DNA of 64,000 nt from the human T2T-CHM13v2.0 reference genome, Homo sapiens. Both the position numbers and the translations under genes were made by a program. The notes under the pieces are model-generated. The model did not search any database. It was not told where the DNA came from and saw only the letters and a program-made list of their open reading frames with translations. The first letter of the stretch is position 1. Each line of letters opens with the position of its first letter. The DNA lies in the NCBI RefSeq assembly GCF_009914755.1, contig NC_060929.1. The stretch is one strand, 5' to 3'. This document shows positions 29,249 through 45,085 of the stretch, piece by piece.

Positions 29249-30462
29249 GATCTAGTGGCTTGATTAGATTCAGGTTCAGTTTACTTCCTATTTCATTACA
29301 TCATAATGTCTGAATATTCTACTGTTCTAAGATTGACAAGTTGGCGAAAATAGTATCACCCTGATTCCTCATCAACCTTTCACATGACGGCTTTAGCACC
29401 TAGTGATAATTGCCCAGGTCCATTACTTCACTAGTACTTGCACAGTGGCGATTTTCTGTTTTTATCATTTCTCTCTGCATTTATTACCTGGAATCCACCT
29501 ATTAAAAAAGGCATTGTCTCATCAGCTGTTTGTTTACCTTGAAATACAGTTCATAAAGAAAAGGCAGGATAAATGCTTGATCCTTTAACAATTTTTAAGG
29601 AAATGAGTTGTGCCCTAAGGAAGTTTCAATGGTGACCAACATGGGTGTATGATTATGTTTCGTTTCTGGGTAAATGAGTGGATTTTTATATATTTACTCC
29701 TTTGCACTTATTTCTTCTTCTTTTTTTTTTTAATCTTATTGGGGTATAACTGAAGTGCAGTAAACCACCACAATCAAGATAAACATTTCCATCACCCTCA
29801 GGAGTTTTTTTGTGCCCCTTTTTAATACATCCCTGTCGCCACCTATCTAGAACTTATATTTTCTAAAATTTTATTTAAATACATTATGTATTCCTTTTAC
29901 ATGGCTTCTTTTACTCAACATAGTGCTTCTGAGATTCAGTCATGTGGTGTATATCAATAGTTTGTTTTTCTGGCTGAATAGTATTCTGTTTTATGCATAT
30001 ACCATATTTGTTTATACCTCCATCTGTTACTGGACATTTGAGTTGTTTCTGTTACGTTTTCTGAAACTTGGATTTCCAATCTTTTGAACAGTGAGTGCTC
30101 TTGAGGTTGGCTGTTGTGTCTTTTTGACAAGACATCATAAGTCTTTGATAGCTTATGTGTTTTTTGGATTTTCTGGACTCACTATACACTTTCAGTGCTA
30201 AACTTGGAATCAGCCACATCTCTAAGGAGTCTCTAATTTCTTATAGTGAGAAATGTTATTTTGTGCTTAGGGTGCACAATGCTACTGGATTTCATTGCTT
30301 TTAGGTTTTTACAGTACAAAGAACTAGGGAATCTTTGTTTTTATAAAAAATAGAATTCATACTGACATTTCCAGTACAATTAACATCACAGGGTTTTTAT
30401 TTAACTTTTTGGATTTTTATAAATGTATCATTTCTCGGTTTTGTTGAAAATCCTCATTCCTA

Positions 30463-30759
30463 GGCCAGGCACATGGCTCATTTCTGTAATCCCAGCACTT
30501 TCGGAGGCTGAGGCAGGTGGATTGCCTGAGCCCAGGAGTTCGGGACCAGCTTGGGCAACGTGGTGAAACCCTGTCTCTACAAAAAAAAAAAAAAAAATTA
30601 GCTGGGTCTTGTGGCATGCACCTGTAGTCCCTCCTAGTCAGGAGGCTGAGGTTGGAGGATTGCTTTAGCTCTGGGAGGTTGAGGCTGCAGGGAGCTGTGA
30701 TCATGACACTGCACTCTAGCCTAGGTAACAGAAAGAGACATGTCTCAAAAAAAAGAAAA
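30463..30759 (+). mobile_element. Alu (AluJb-like)
   Basis: TSD gaaaatcctcattcct at 30446-30461 and 30760-30775. Confidence 0.92.
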
Positions 30760-31563
30760 GAAAATCCTCATTCCTGCTGACAATTACATAATTAAACTTT
30801 TTCTTATATATACTTACAATAGTTTAAAAATAATTTTGCAATTAATAAGATATTGAATGCAATTGTGGTTCTTTTTGCCCTCAATATATTGTGGTAACAG
30901 TGAAAATACTCTGTAGTAGTTCTTTTCTCTAAATGTTTATGCCACTAATTTGATATTTATTGTGTTCATTTGTTTCAGTGTATTTACAGTTTTTAAGAAT
31001 TGCTAAAAATTTAATTTTTAAGAAATTATGTAAAAGATTTTGTAGTTCCAAAATCAAAAGTTTAAAACAGTACATTCTTGCTTCCATCCTTGCCCCTTCT
31101 TCCATTTCCTCCCTCCCCTTTAGTTTTTGCTTTGTCTCTTTTCTTTTTGAAAATATCAAATTGTGCGTACATGTGTCTATCAGATGTCTCCATTTCTCAC
31201 TTCTTGTGCAAAAGGTAGCATTAAAAACTGTTCATCTTTTTTTACTTGATATTTTGACCAAGAGATCATCGTATATCAATATGTAGAGAGCTGTTTTTTT
31301 TTTTTAACAACTGCATAGTTGCAGTCCTTCAATCAATGTTCTCTGAATGAACATGGTACTATTTTCAGTCTTTTGCTGTTACAAATGATGCAACAATGTC
31401 TGTTTTGTAGAAGTCTGTTTCTTGTTGTTGTTGTTTGCCATTTTATCTTTGGAATAGATTCCTAGAAGCGAATTACTAGGTCAAAGAGTAACTAAGTAGG
31501 CATTTTTGCTAGATGTAGCCAAATTCCTCTCCACAGGAGATGTACCATTTTGTGTTTTCAACA

Positions 31564-32403
31564 GTGTGGTAGCAATGACAGTCCCCCAGTGATGTTCATG
31601 TCCCAATCCCTAGAACGTTTGAAATTGTTAGGTTACTTGGCAAAGGAGAAAGTTGCAGATGGAGTTCATGCTGCTAATCAGTTGACCTTGAGGTGGAGAG
31701 AGAATTCTGGATCATCCAGTTGGGACCGAAGTAATAACAAGGGTTTATAAAAGTGAAAGAAGGAAGCTGAAGGGAGAGAACCAGAAAGACAGCAACATTA
31801 GAAGGGCTCTGGCTGACTTTAAAGGTGGAGGAACAGGGTCATAAGCCGGAAAATGTGGGTGATCTCTAGAAGTGGAAGTGGCAAGGAAATGGATTTTCCC
31901 CCAGAGCCTTCAGGTAGGAACACAGCCCTGCCAACACAGCACCCTAGTTTTGGTCTTGTAAGACCTATATTGCACTTCTTTCTTTCTGAACTATAAAACA
32001 GTAAATTTGTCCTATTTTAAGCCAACCATCGCCAACCTTTTTAGCACCAGGGGCTGGTTTCATGGAAGACAGTTTTTCCACAGACCAGCAGTAGGGGGAT
32101 GGTTTTGGGATGAAACTCTTCCACCTTAGATCCTTAGGCATTAGATTCTCATAAGGAGTGCACAACCTAAATTCTTCACATGTACAATTCACAATAGGGT
32201 TTGTGCTCCCATGAGAATCTAATGCTGCTGCTGATCTGACTGGAGGCAGAGCTCAGGTGATAATGTTCACTCACTCGCTGCTCACTTCCTGCTATGCAGC
32301 CTGGTTTCCTAACAGGCCATGAACTGCCCAGGGGTTGGGGGCCCATTTTAAGCCACTGGGTTTGTGGTAATCTGTTACAGCAGCAATAGAAAGTTGATAC
32401 AAA
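31564..32403 (+). mobile_element. MLT1D-like MaLR LTR interrupted by MER1B
   Basis: tgtggtag...gtcccaatccctagaac...ttttaagccactgggtttgtggtaatctgttacagcagcaatagaaagttgataca. Confidence 0.8.
32023..32345. mobile_element. MER1B hAT-Charlie element
   Basis: ccaacctttttagcaccaggg...gattctcataaggagtgcacaaccta...ggggttggggg; duplicated ttttaagc flanks. Confidence 0.8.
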
Positions 32404-33083
32404 CAGTAATGTGTGAGAGTACTTTATGGCCTTTTTCACAGTGTATTGAACTTGGATTTTTGTCAGTGAGATAGATGAGAAATTGTATTTCAATTCGTGT
32501 TAATTTATATTTCTTTTCATCTTTAAAAAAATTGATAGTTGGTCCTTCTTAATTTTTGGACCTCTTTATAGACTAGGGATATTATTTCTCTAACATAAAT
32601 TGCAAATATTTTCCCCAATGTTTTGTCATTCAGAAAAATTTTAATAAAGTCACGTTTGTCGTTCTTGTTGCTCTTGGATTTTTTGTCATGTTTTCTTCAA
32701 ATCCTTGTATGGTTTTATTTGTTACATGTGCATCTGATCCGTTTTAAACCAGTGATTTTCATTGTGTTAAACAGATTGCCCAGATAGTCTAAAATCATTT
32801 TGACAAATATTTGTAGTTATTATTATTATATATATTTTTCGAGACAGACAACAACAACAACAAAAACCCATATTCCATTGCGGCATAGAGCAATAGTTAA
32901 TCCACTGGAGATTACTATCAGGTTAACTTCTTTGTAGCTCTCAGAATAGAACTATTTCTGAGTATATGTGTACTTCATACAAATCTCCATCAACTAAGAA
33001 GGTGGTTGTTCTACACTAGCATTTTAAAAATAGTCTGTATTTATACTTATGTATAATTGTACAGTGAAGTATAAGACTGTGGA

Positions 33084-33185
33084 GCTGGGGGCAGTGGCTC
33101 ATGCCTGTAGTCCCAGCTAGTAGGGAGGCTGGGGCCACCCTGGATGATACAGCTGGGACCCAACTTGAAAAAAAAAAAAAAAAAA
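33084..33185 (+). mobile_element. Internally deleted Alu/FLAM-like monomer with A18 tail
   Basis: gctgggggcagtggctcatgcctgtagtcccagcta...ggaggctggggccaccctgg...A18; flanking ctgtgga repeats. Confidence 0.75.
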
Positions 33186-33221
33186 CCTGTGGAACGCTCA
33201 CATCATTGTTTTATACCCCGG

Positions 33222-36085
33222 CAGAAATCAAATAAACACAGTTAGAAGTTACAACGGAAATGTTACTACTGACTCCACAGAAATAAAAACAACCATCAGA
33301 AACTATTATGAACACCTCTACACACACAAACTAGAAAACCTACAAGAGGTGGATAAATTCTTGGACACATACACCCTCCCAAGACTGAGCCAGGAAGAAA
33401 TTGATTCCCTAAACAGACCAGTAGCAAGCTCCAAAATTAAATCAGTAATAAATAGCCTACCCACCAAAAAAAGCCCAGGACCTGATGGATTCACAGCAGA
33501 ATTCTACCAGATATACAAAGAAATGTTGGTAGCATTCCTACAGATATTATTCATAAAAATTGAGGAGGAAAGACTCCTCCCCAACTTATTATGTGAGGCC
33601 AGCATCATCTTGATATCAAAAATGGGCAGAGACACAACGACAAAAAACTTCAGGCCACTATCCTTGATGAACATCAATGCAAAAATCCTCAGCAGAATAC
33701 TTGCAAACCAAATCCAGCAGCACATCAAAAAGCTAATCCACCATGACCAAGTAGGCTTCATCCCCAGGATGCAAGGTTGGTTCAACATGCAAATATCAAC
33801 AAATGTGAGTCATCACATGAACAGAACTAAAGACAAAAAACCACATGATTATTTCAATACATGCAGAAAAGGCCTTCGATAAAATTCAACACCCCTCCAT
33901 GTTAAAAACTCTCAGTAACCTAGGTATTGAAGGAACACACCTCAATATAATAGAGCCATCTATGACAAACCCACAACCAACATTATACTGAAAAAGTGAA
34001 AGCTGGAAGCATTCCCCTTGAAAACTGGCACAAGGCAAGGCTGCCCTCTCTCACCACTTCTATTCAACATAGTATTGGAAGTCCTAGCCAGAGCAGTTAG
34101 GCAAAAGAAAGAAAGAAAGGGCATCCAAATAGGAAGAGAGGAAGTCAAACTGTTTGCAGACAACATAATTCTATATGTAGGAAACCCCATAGTCTGGGCC
34201 CAAACACTCCAGCTGACAAACAACTTCAGCAAAGCTGCTGGATACAAAAATTAGTGTACAAAAAAGGCTAGCATTCTTATACACCAACAGTAGCCAGACT
34301 GAGAGCCAGATAAGAGAAGCAATCTCATTCACAATTGCCACACACCTCCCCCCTCCCACACACACACACCCTAGAAATACAGCTAACCAGGGAGGTGAAA
34401 GATATATGCAATGAGAATTACAAAATACTGTTCAAAGAAATCAGAGAAGACACAAACAAATGGAAAAACACCCCATGCTCATGAATAGGAAGAATCAGTA
34501 TCATCAAAATGGCTATAGTGCCCAAAGCAATGTACAGATTCAATGCTATTCCTATCAAACTACCAATGACATTCTTCACAGAACTAGAAAAAACTACTTT
34601 AAAATTTATATGGAACCAAAAATAGCCAAGGCAGTCCTAAGCAAAAAGAACAAAGCTGGAGAGGCATCACATTACCCTACTTCAAACTATACTACAAGGC
34701 TACAGTAACCAAACAGCATGATACTGGTACAAAAACAGGCACATTGAACAATGGAACAGAGTAGAGAGCTAGAAATAAGGCCGCACATCTACAACCATCT
34801 GATCTTTGACAAAACTAACAAAACGAAGCAGTGGGGAAAAGACTCGCTATTCAATAAATGCTGCTGGGATAACTGGCTAGCCATATGCAGAAAATTGAAG
34901 GTGGACCCCTTCTTTACACCATGTAGAAAAATCAACTCAAGGTGGATTAAAGACAAATGTAAAACCCAAAACTACAAAATCCCTGAAAGACAACTAGGCA
35001 GTATCATCCTGGACCTAGGAATGGGCAAAGATTTGATGACAAGGACACCGAAAGCCATTGCAACAAAAGCAAAAATTGACAAATGGGATCTAATTAAACT
35101 TAAGAGCTTCCATACAGCAAAAGAAACTATCAACAGAGTAAACAGACAACCCACAGAATGGGAGAAAATTTTTGCAAACTATGCATTTGACAAAGGTCTA
35201 ATATGCAGCATTTATAAGGAACTTAAATTTACAGGAGAAAAACAACCTTATTAAAAGGTGGACAAAGGACATGAACAGACATTTCTCAAAAGAAGACATA
35301 CATGGGGCCAGAAAGCATATAAAAAAAGCTCAGTATCACTGATCATTAGAGAATTGCAAATCAAAACCACAAATGAGATACCATCTAACACCAGTCAGAA
35401 TGGCTATTACTAAAAACTAAAAAAATAGCAGATGCTGTCAAGGTTGCAGAGAAAAGGGATCACTTATAACTGTTGGTGGGAGTGTAAATCAGTTCAACCG
35501 TTGTGGAAGGCAATATGGCAATTCATCAAAGAGCTAAAAACAGATATACCATTAGACCCAGCAATCCCATTACTGGGTATATACCCACAGGAATATAAAG
35601 CATTCTACCATAAAGACACATGCATGTGGATGTTCATTGCAGCACTATTCACAATAGCAAAGACATGGAATCAACCCAAATGCCCATCAATGACAGATTG
35701 GATAAAGAAAATGTGGTACGTATACACCATGAAATATTATGCAGCCGTGAAAAAGAATGAGATCATGTCTTTTGCAGGAACATGGATGGAGCTGGAGGCT
35801 ATCATCCTTAGCAAACTAATGCAGGAACAGAAAACCAAATACCGCATGTTCTCGCTTATAAATGGGAGCTAAAAGATAACTTATGAACACAGAGAAGGAA
35901 ACAACAGACACTGGGGTCTACTTGGAGGGAGGGTGGAAGGAGGGAGAGGAGCAGAAAAGATAACTGTTGGGCACTGGCCTTAATATCTAGATGATGAAAT
36001 AATATGTACAACAAACCCCCATGACGTGTTTACCTGCGTAGCAAACCTTCACATGTACCCCAAACCTAAAATAAAAGTTTAAAAA
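33222..36085 (+). mobile_element. 5'-truncated L1PA (older subfamily, roughly L1PA13-16), disabled ORF2 plus 3'UTR
   Basis: Frameshifted ORF2 pieces ([44 protein letters not shown]); G-rich 3'UTR; AATAAA 36070-36075. Confidence 0.95.
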
Positions 36086-37438
36086 GACCAAATACTTCTG
36101 CTTGGCACATGTTCTTCTCTAGGCGAGATACAATGGTTGTACACAACAGTCACTGCTTAACTTTTATTACAAGTAGTACTAAATGTCATTTCAGGTAGTG
36201 TGAGTACTTAAAAAAACTTCTTATTTGACATAATTTCAGACTTAGAGAAAATATATAAGAATGGCACCAAAATTCTTGTACATCTTCACTCAAATATTCT
36301 AAATTTTAACACTTTACCACGTTTACTTTATCCTCCCTTCCTCTTTCTTCCCATAATGCATATGTATATGTGTATGTTTGTGGATACATAATTTTTTCTG
36401 AACTGTTTAGAGTAAGTTGCAGATATGTTGCCCATTTACCTCTAGATTTCTAAGTTGCTTAGTCTGTATTTTCTGAAAATGAGAGCATTCTTTTATGTAA
36501 CCACAGTTTATAGTTATCAAAATTAGGAAATTATATATTGATACAGTACTGTTACCTAATCAGACTTATCCAGATTTTGCCAATTGCTTTAATGTCCTTT
36601 ATAAGAAAATAATTCTATATAGGATTAAGTGATTTGGTTGTCATGTCTTTTTTGTCTCATGTAATATGTACTAGTCTTTGAATTTCATGACCATTTTAGA
36701 ATGTGTTGCTAGGTGTTGCCAAATTCCTCTATAGGTTAGAGATTGATTTTTATCCTCTGTAATTACAGGCTAGTTATCCCAGTTTGGGTTTGTTGGCCAA
36801 TAAGTTATAATTAGATGTTGGCCAAATTTGTTGTTTGGGCTTAATGGCCAATTTGGTGCTCTTTCTTGTGCTATGTATAGAGCATGCTACCCTTATGAAC
36901 TAAGAAGAATAACATTCTCAGATGGTTTCAATAAATTAAAACCTTATCCTTAAAAAGTAAGCTGGTTATCTACAACACTTCATTTCCAGCCTTTCTGGAT
37001 AACTCAGATGTTTGTGTGCAAGTTCCACATGTGACGTACATACCAAGCTATGAGAGAAATAAATAATTAGAGTCCTAAAAGTCTGACATGCAATATTAAA
37101 GAATAATGTAGCACTTCTGACCAGAAGTGTTCTACCATGAATTTCAGTTTCTCAAAGGTTTGGGAACTTTCATGTTTCTTTGTTTTATAGACTTTAACCA
37201 GCTCCTAATAGAATGTTTTAAATATAGTGGCTTAGTTGTTGCTTACTCAGAGATAGAATAATAGAATGTTACACCTAGAAAGGATCTCAGTTATTGTCCA
37301 AATGTCTTGTTTTACTGAGGCCCAAGGATATTGATGACCTGTCCAGAAGAGGTTCACATAAGTAGTCAGCAACAAAAATGGGACTAGAATGAATAGCTTT
37401 TTCGCAAAATTGGGAGTGACAGAATTTACAAATTTTAG

Positions 37439-37824
<386 letters not shown>

Positions 37825-38079
37825 TAAAAATTGTTTAAATAAAACATAAAGAAAAGTGTGCAGATTATGGGATGGATTTTTAGAGTGTGTGGAACACATC
37901 CACGCAGCCACCATTCTGTGCAAAAAAATAGAATATTACAACCCCTCTGTGTCCCTTAGAAAAAATAACTGTCCTGATAACAACATGTGTTAGTTTTTTT
38001 GTTTGGGACTGTTATGTAAGTGGAATCATACAAAATATATTTTTATGTTTGGCTTTGGCTCAACATCGTTTGCACAATT

Positions 38080-38571
38080 CATGACTAAATGGAATAGCAG
38101 TTCTGAGTGTGACTGTTTTGTTACGGGATCAGAGGGGCAAAGTCACAATTTTCCGAAAAGTCTATTAAAATACCCTGTCCTTTTTTAGTTACATATCTGT
38201 GTAAGGCTAGATTTTTCTTCATATGCTTTGACCAAAACAACATGTCATAGCAAGTTGAATACAGAAACAGGTGAATCCTGCTGTTTCTGTTAAGCCAGAC
38301 ATGAGAGATTTGGAAAAATATAAAAACTATGCCATTCTCGTTAAAATTTTTTTAGAAAATAGTTATTTTTTACCAAAAATGTTACTCATGTTAATATGTA
38401 GTGGTTTGACTGTTGCCATTTTAAAGTGAATTAATAAGTATTTAAAAAAATTTTAATCTTAATATCTAATATTGCAAATATCAATAGATACAACCACATA
38501 AAATTCATTAGAGTTTCTTATAACTTTTAAGACTGAGAAAGGATTCTGAAACCAAAAAGTTTGAGCCACTG
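38080..38571. mobile_element. Charlie1-like hAT fragment, opposite orientation to the 17240 copy
   Basis: ttaagccagacatgagagatttggaaaaatataaaa...aatatcaatagataca...accaaaaagtttgagccactg. Confidence 0.6.
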
Positions 38572-38911
38572 ACCTGATATCTGATTTACAATTCTGTCAT
38601 AAGTAATGGTGTTGAGCTCCTTTTCATGTGCTTGTTGCCCATTTGAATATCCTCTTTTCTAAAGTGCCCACTAAGTCCTTTGCTCATTTTTTTAATTGGG
38701 TTATCTTTTAAAAATTGATTTATAATCCTCACCCCTAATTTTCTGTCCTGGTTAAGAAGTCCGGAAGATCATTTTCTCATTTTATCTTCTAGATTCTTTG
38801 TTATTTTTGCCTTTTCACACATCTAAAATTCACATGGAATTGATTTTTGTGTATGATGAGGTAAAGGTCAGATTGAATTCCCCTATGGATATTCAGTGTA
38901 CCAAACATCTA

Positions 38912-39215
<304 letters not shown>

Positions 39216-39634
39216 CCAAACGTCATTTATTGTCACTACTTTTGACCAGCAAATCTAATCACAAAAAATTTTCTTCCAAATAGTAGTATCATGCCTTTAG
39301 AGAAAGCATTAAATGTTTGTTAAAGGTAACTCATGTTAATGTCTAATGATGTTTTAATTTACAGTTTTAAAGAAAATATATTTAATAGTTATGTTAATGT
39401 GAATTTTAAGATAATTTTAAACCGTCAAAGAAAAATGAAATACAAATGCAGTAAAGTATTCAGTTTTACTAGTTATAAAGTTAAGGTATTCCGGGCTTCA
39501 GCCAGTTGTTGTTTGTAACATTCATCTATTTAAAACATGACTTTCTGTTAATGGTATAGAGCAGTATTTTATGATGTTGCCCTTAAAGTAAAAGTGGATA
39601 CTGCAGAATTCATTCCAAACTATTTACTTTTCAG

Positions 39635-39772
39635 GAAACGTTTTGATGGTAAATTACAATCAGAATCAACTAATAATGGAAAAAATAAGAGAGATGTAGA
39701 TTTCGAAGGTACAGATGAACCCATTTTTGGAAAGAAGCCCAGGATAGAAGAGTCAATAACTGAAGACTTAAG
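39635..39772 (+). CDS. MTREX: MTREX coding exon 2 (138 nt)
   Basis: tttcag|GAAACG ... TTAAG|gtaata; KRFDGKLQSESTNNGKNKRDVDFEGTDEPIFGKKPRIEESITEDL. Confidence 0.95.
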
Positions 39773-40736
39773 GTAATATTTCCAAAGTCCTAAATGTTAG
39801 TAACTCATAATTCAGGTGGTTACATGAGGTTTTAAAAATTGTCTCCATGTTGCTACTTAGATATATGCCCGTATTAGAGAAATGAAGATATTCTTTCTAT
39901 TTTTACACAGGCATGTAAATGTAGAACACTTACCTAAGTTTGGGGAGTTGGAAAGCAATATGGAAAATACTCATCTTTTAATACTTTAGAATCCAGTTTT
40001 GAGAAAAAAGTCTTAAAACCTGATTAAAAAAAATACGTTTTCTTTATTTGTAATGCCTCAGGAGGAGGATAACTGGAAGAGTGGAATAAAAGGAAAAAAT
40101 AAAGCTAACTCAGTGGAAGGAATAAGTGGGAAGGAACATTAGAGCGAATTAGATTTTCATTGTTGCATGTGGAGTAGAGTGGCTGTGCATCTCAAGACTC
40201 CTGCTATGGGTATCTGTGGCTGGAATCGCTGGTATTTATCTGATTTTGGAAGCTGGAGCTTTCTAAAAGTTGATGCCAGTACCCTTGGTTGACCTGTTTT
40301 GTATTGTGGTAATGATCTTTACAACTTTGCTCCTCCCTTCTAATGTTCCATATTTGAACTTGGCACTACCATGAAGAGTTTACAATTTCTGTGATTTTTT
40401 TTTAAAACCAGTTAACTTTTGTTACAGTTAGTAAAATTATCTCCTATAAATGGTGATAGATGTGTCACTGGAATATTTAAGATGCACCATTTTCCCAGGC
40501 TACTATAATAAGTTACAAAATAATATTTGTAGTTTAAAGTCATTGTTACTTGTTTGTAACTTTTGAGTTTGTCCAAAGTAATATTATTGACTTAAATCTC
40601 AGAAGTACGATAAGTAAGATAATAATCTAGCACAGAAATACATCTATTTTTCTTCAGTTTATCCAGTTTTGCCTTTTCAGAGTCTTAACAGAGGACCTAG
40701 ATAGCATAATGTAGGATTTTGATGAGAATAAGGAAC

Positions 40737-41040
<304 letters not shown>

Positions 41041-41439
41041 TAAATAATAGCAACAAATGAATTGGGCTAGTTTACTTTATACTTTCTATTGTGTAATGGT
41101 TTATAACCAGCTTATGTTTTGAAGTGGTGACAGTGCTTGGTAGAGGCACTTTTTATTCAAAATAGTTATTGGAACTAAGCTGACATAATTATTTGAATAA
41201 TCACTCGGCAGTCTGTTCTGTATCTGTAATAAAAGATGTTAACTGGTCATTTTTAATTTTCAGCATATATTTGCATAATGTGAAAACATTTCTATGTATT
41301 CTTAATAGCCAAAGTTTTTCCTATTTGGAATACTGATGATTGGACAGTGTCATTTTCCTTAACAGTGCAATGTGAGGCTTATTATCAAATTATAGAAAAG
41401 TAATTTGTTTTTGTGTAACTTTAAACAATTCTTTTTAAG

Positions 41440-41506
41440 TTTGGCAGACCTGATGCCCAGAGTCAAGGTACAATCAGTTGAAACTGTTGAAGGGTGTACA
41501 CATGAG
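41440..41506 (+). CDS. MTREX: MTREX coding exon 3 (67 nt)
   Basis: tttaag|TTTGGCA ... CATGAG|gtaagc; (S)LADLMPRVKVQSVETVEGCTHE. Confidence 0.93.
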
Positions 41507-41661
41507 GTAAGCACAAACAGCATACAGAAGGTTAGTGTTACAAATGGGATTTTTCTTTGGACTATCTAGTATGATGATCAGCAAACAGTTTAGCCATGAG
41601 GACCTTGGAAACAATAAATAGTTTCCATGGGGTACCTAGTGGAAGAGTTGGGGCTTTGTAA

Positions 41662-42052
<391 letters not shown>

Positions 42053-42528
42053 AATCTTGGGTAAATTTCTTAACCTCTTTGTTTATTTAAAAACATTGTT
42101 TTTTTGTAGTTTTTAAATTTGCAATAAAGGGATCTACCTTGTGGTGTGGTTGTGAGGATTATAGAAGTAAATTAGGTAAAGTACCTAGCACAGAGTAGGT
42201 GTTTAGAGCATTCATACTCCTAAAGTTAAGTAACAGTGCTATTTTTGAAGGTTACATGCTATTTCATGTCTTGCTCCAATGACTGATAAATTGCAGTTTC
42301 TTTGTTCTGCCACAAGATGGTGGTCAGAGATAGCTTGTATCCATTTAGAAGTGAGAATTTATACACATTAGGGACATGATGGAACTATAACACTATTTCC
42401 TTCTCAAAATTTTTTATTATAAACATTATAGCAAGTTATTTTTAGAGGTAATTGGAGAATCTCATTAAAAGTCTGTTGAATAAGCAGAGTAATCCAAATT
42501 AACAAAAAGACTTTCAATGTAGGTTTAG

Positions 42529-43260
<732 letters not shown>

Positions 43261-43397
43261 TAGAAATTTATCTTTTAAAATATTTTTCTACTGAAAGTCT
43301 CTTATGTTTCTTTAGAGGTAGTACATAGTGTCTGACAGGTGTGATGTCCATTTGATTATTCAAGATATGTTAGACCCTATTCAGTTATCTGGGCTTA

Positions 43398-43784
<387 letters not shown>

Positions 43785-44002
43785 TTATCTTCAAGCCCAC
43801 CTTTCTGTCACTTCTTCCCACTTTCTCAGCAGGGTGACTTTTCCTCTTCACAGGCTTGAGGATATCAAGTTGAAATGTCCTCTGATTATAACCTCCATCA
43901 CCAAGGCTATTTGTACGTGTCACATTCCCCTTCCAGACTAAGGATGGTTGTTCTGCCAGTATTCTTGGTTGTGTCTTATCCTATCTCCACAAAGACTTTA
44001 TT

Positions 44003-44582
44003 TATTTATTTTTAATTATTATACTTTAAGTTCTGGGGTACATGTGCAGAACATGCAGTTTTGTTACATGGGTATACACCTGCCATGGTGGTTTGCTGCA
44101 CCCATCATCCTGTCAGCCTTCATTAGGTATTTCTCCTAATGCTATCCCTCCCCTAGCCCCCCACCTCTCTACAGGCCCCGGTTTGTGATGTTCCCTGCCC
44201 TGTGTCCATGTGTTCTCATTGTTCAACTCCCACTTACGAGTGAGAACATGGCAGTGTTTGGTTTTGTGTTGTTGTGATAGTTTGCTGAGAATGAGTTTCC
44301 AGCTTCATCCATATCCCTGCAAAGGACATGAACTCATCAACTTTTATGGCTGCATAGTATTCCATGGTGTATATGTGCCACATTTTCTTTATCCAGTCTA
44401 TCACTGATGGACATTTGGGTTGGTTCCAAGTCTTTGCTATTGTGAATAGTGCTGCAATGAATATACGTATGCATGTGTCTTTGTAGTAGAAAGATTTATA
44501 ATCCTTTGGGTATATACCCAGTAATGGGATCCTGGGTCAAATGGTATTTCTAGTTGTAGATCCTTGAGGAATCGCCACACTG
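44003..44582 (-). mobile_element. L1PA 3' end with 15-nt TSD
   Basis: tatactttaagttctggggtacatgtgcagaac...; TSD cacaaagactttatt at 43988-44002 and 44583-44597. Confidence 0.92.
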
Positions 44583-45022
44583 CACAAAGACTTTATTAAT
44601 TTCCTTTTCCCTTAACTATTTCTAGAGTCTCTTTTTTTCTAATTGCCATTCCCTGTCAGCATATGAGCATTCAAAAGTTTCTCTTTCTGTTCTATGTTGT
44701 TTTCTACCCACTGTGTTGTTATTCTTCTGTTTTGTAGTAGTTTCGACTTTAAAAAGTACACAGTTTCCTCAGGGAGATAAACATCAGCTTTCAATTATTA
44801 CCCTTAGACAAATGCGAGTAGATGTAATTTCTGAGTGTTGAAACTAGCTTTTTGCCTTGTTCTTAAAGACAGTTATTTGATTTACAGTGTCTGAGACAGC
44901 TAAAGTTCATCACTCTAGTTCATCAGTTTTATTTTCCAAACCATCATTCATTATGGAATGCTAAATACATCAGTTCTCAAATAGTTGGTGAGGTTTTTTT
45001 TTCTTTTTTACTTTGTTGTCAG

Positions 45023-45085
45023 GTTGCACTTCCTGCAGAAGAGGATTATTTACCACTTAAACCACGAGTTGGAAAAGCTGCTAAG
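45023..45085 (+). CDS. MTREX: MTREX coding exon 4 (63 nt)
   Basis: tgtcag|GTTGCA ... GCTAAG|gtctgt; VALPAEEDYLPLKPRVGKAAK. Confidence 0.93.

Noticed and set aside
33349-35872. Reverse-transcriptase-like ORFs
   Set aside because: Frameshifted, 5'-truncated L1 ORF2 remnants; not an intact element or a novel RT system
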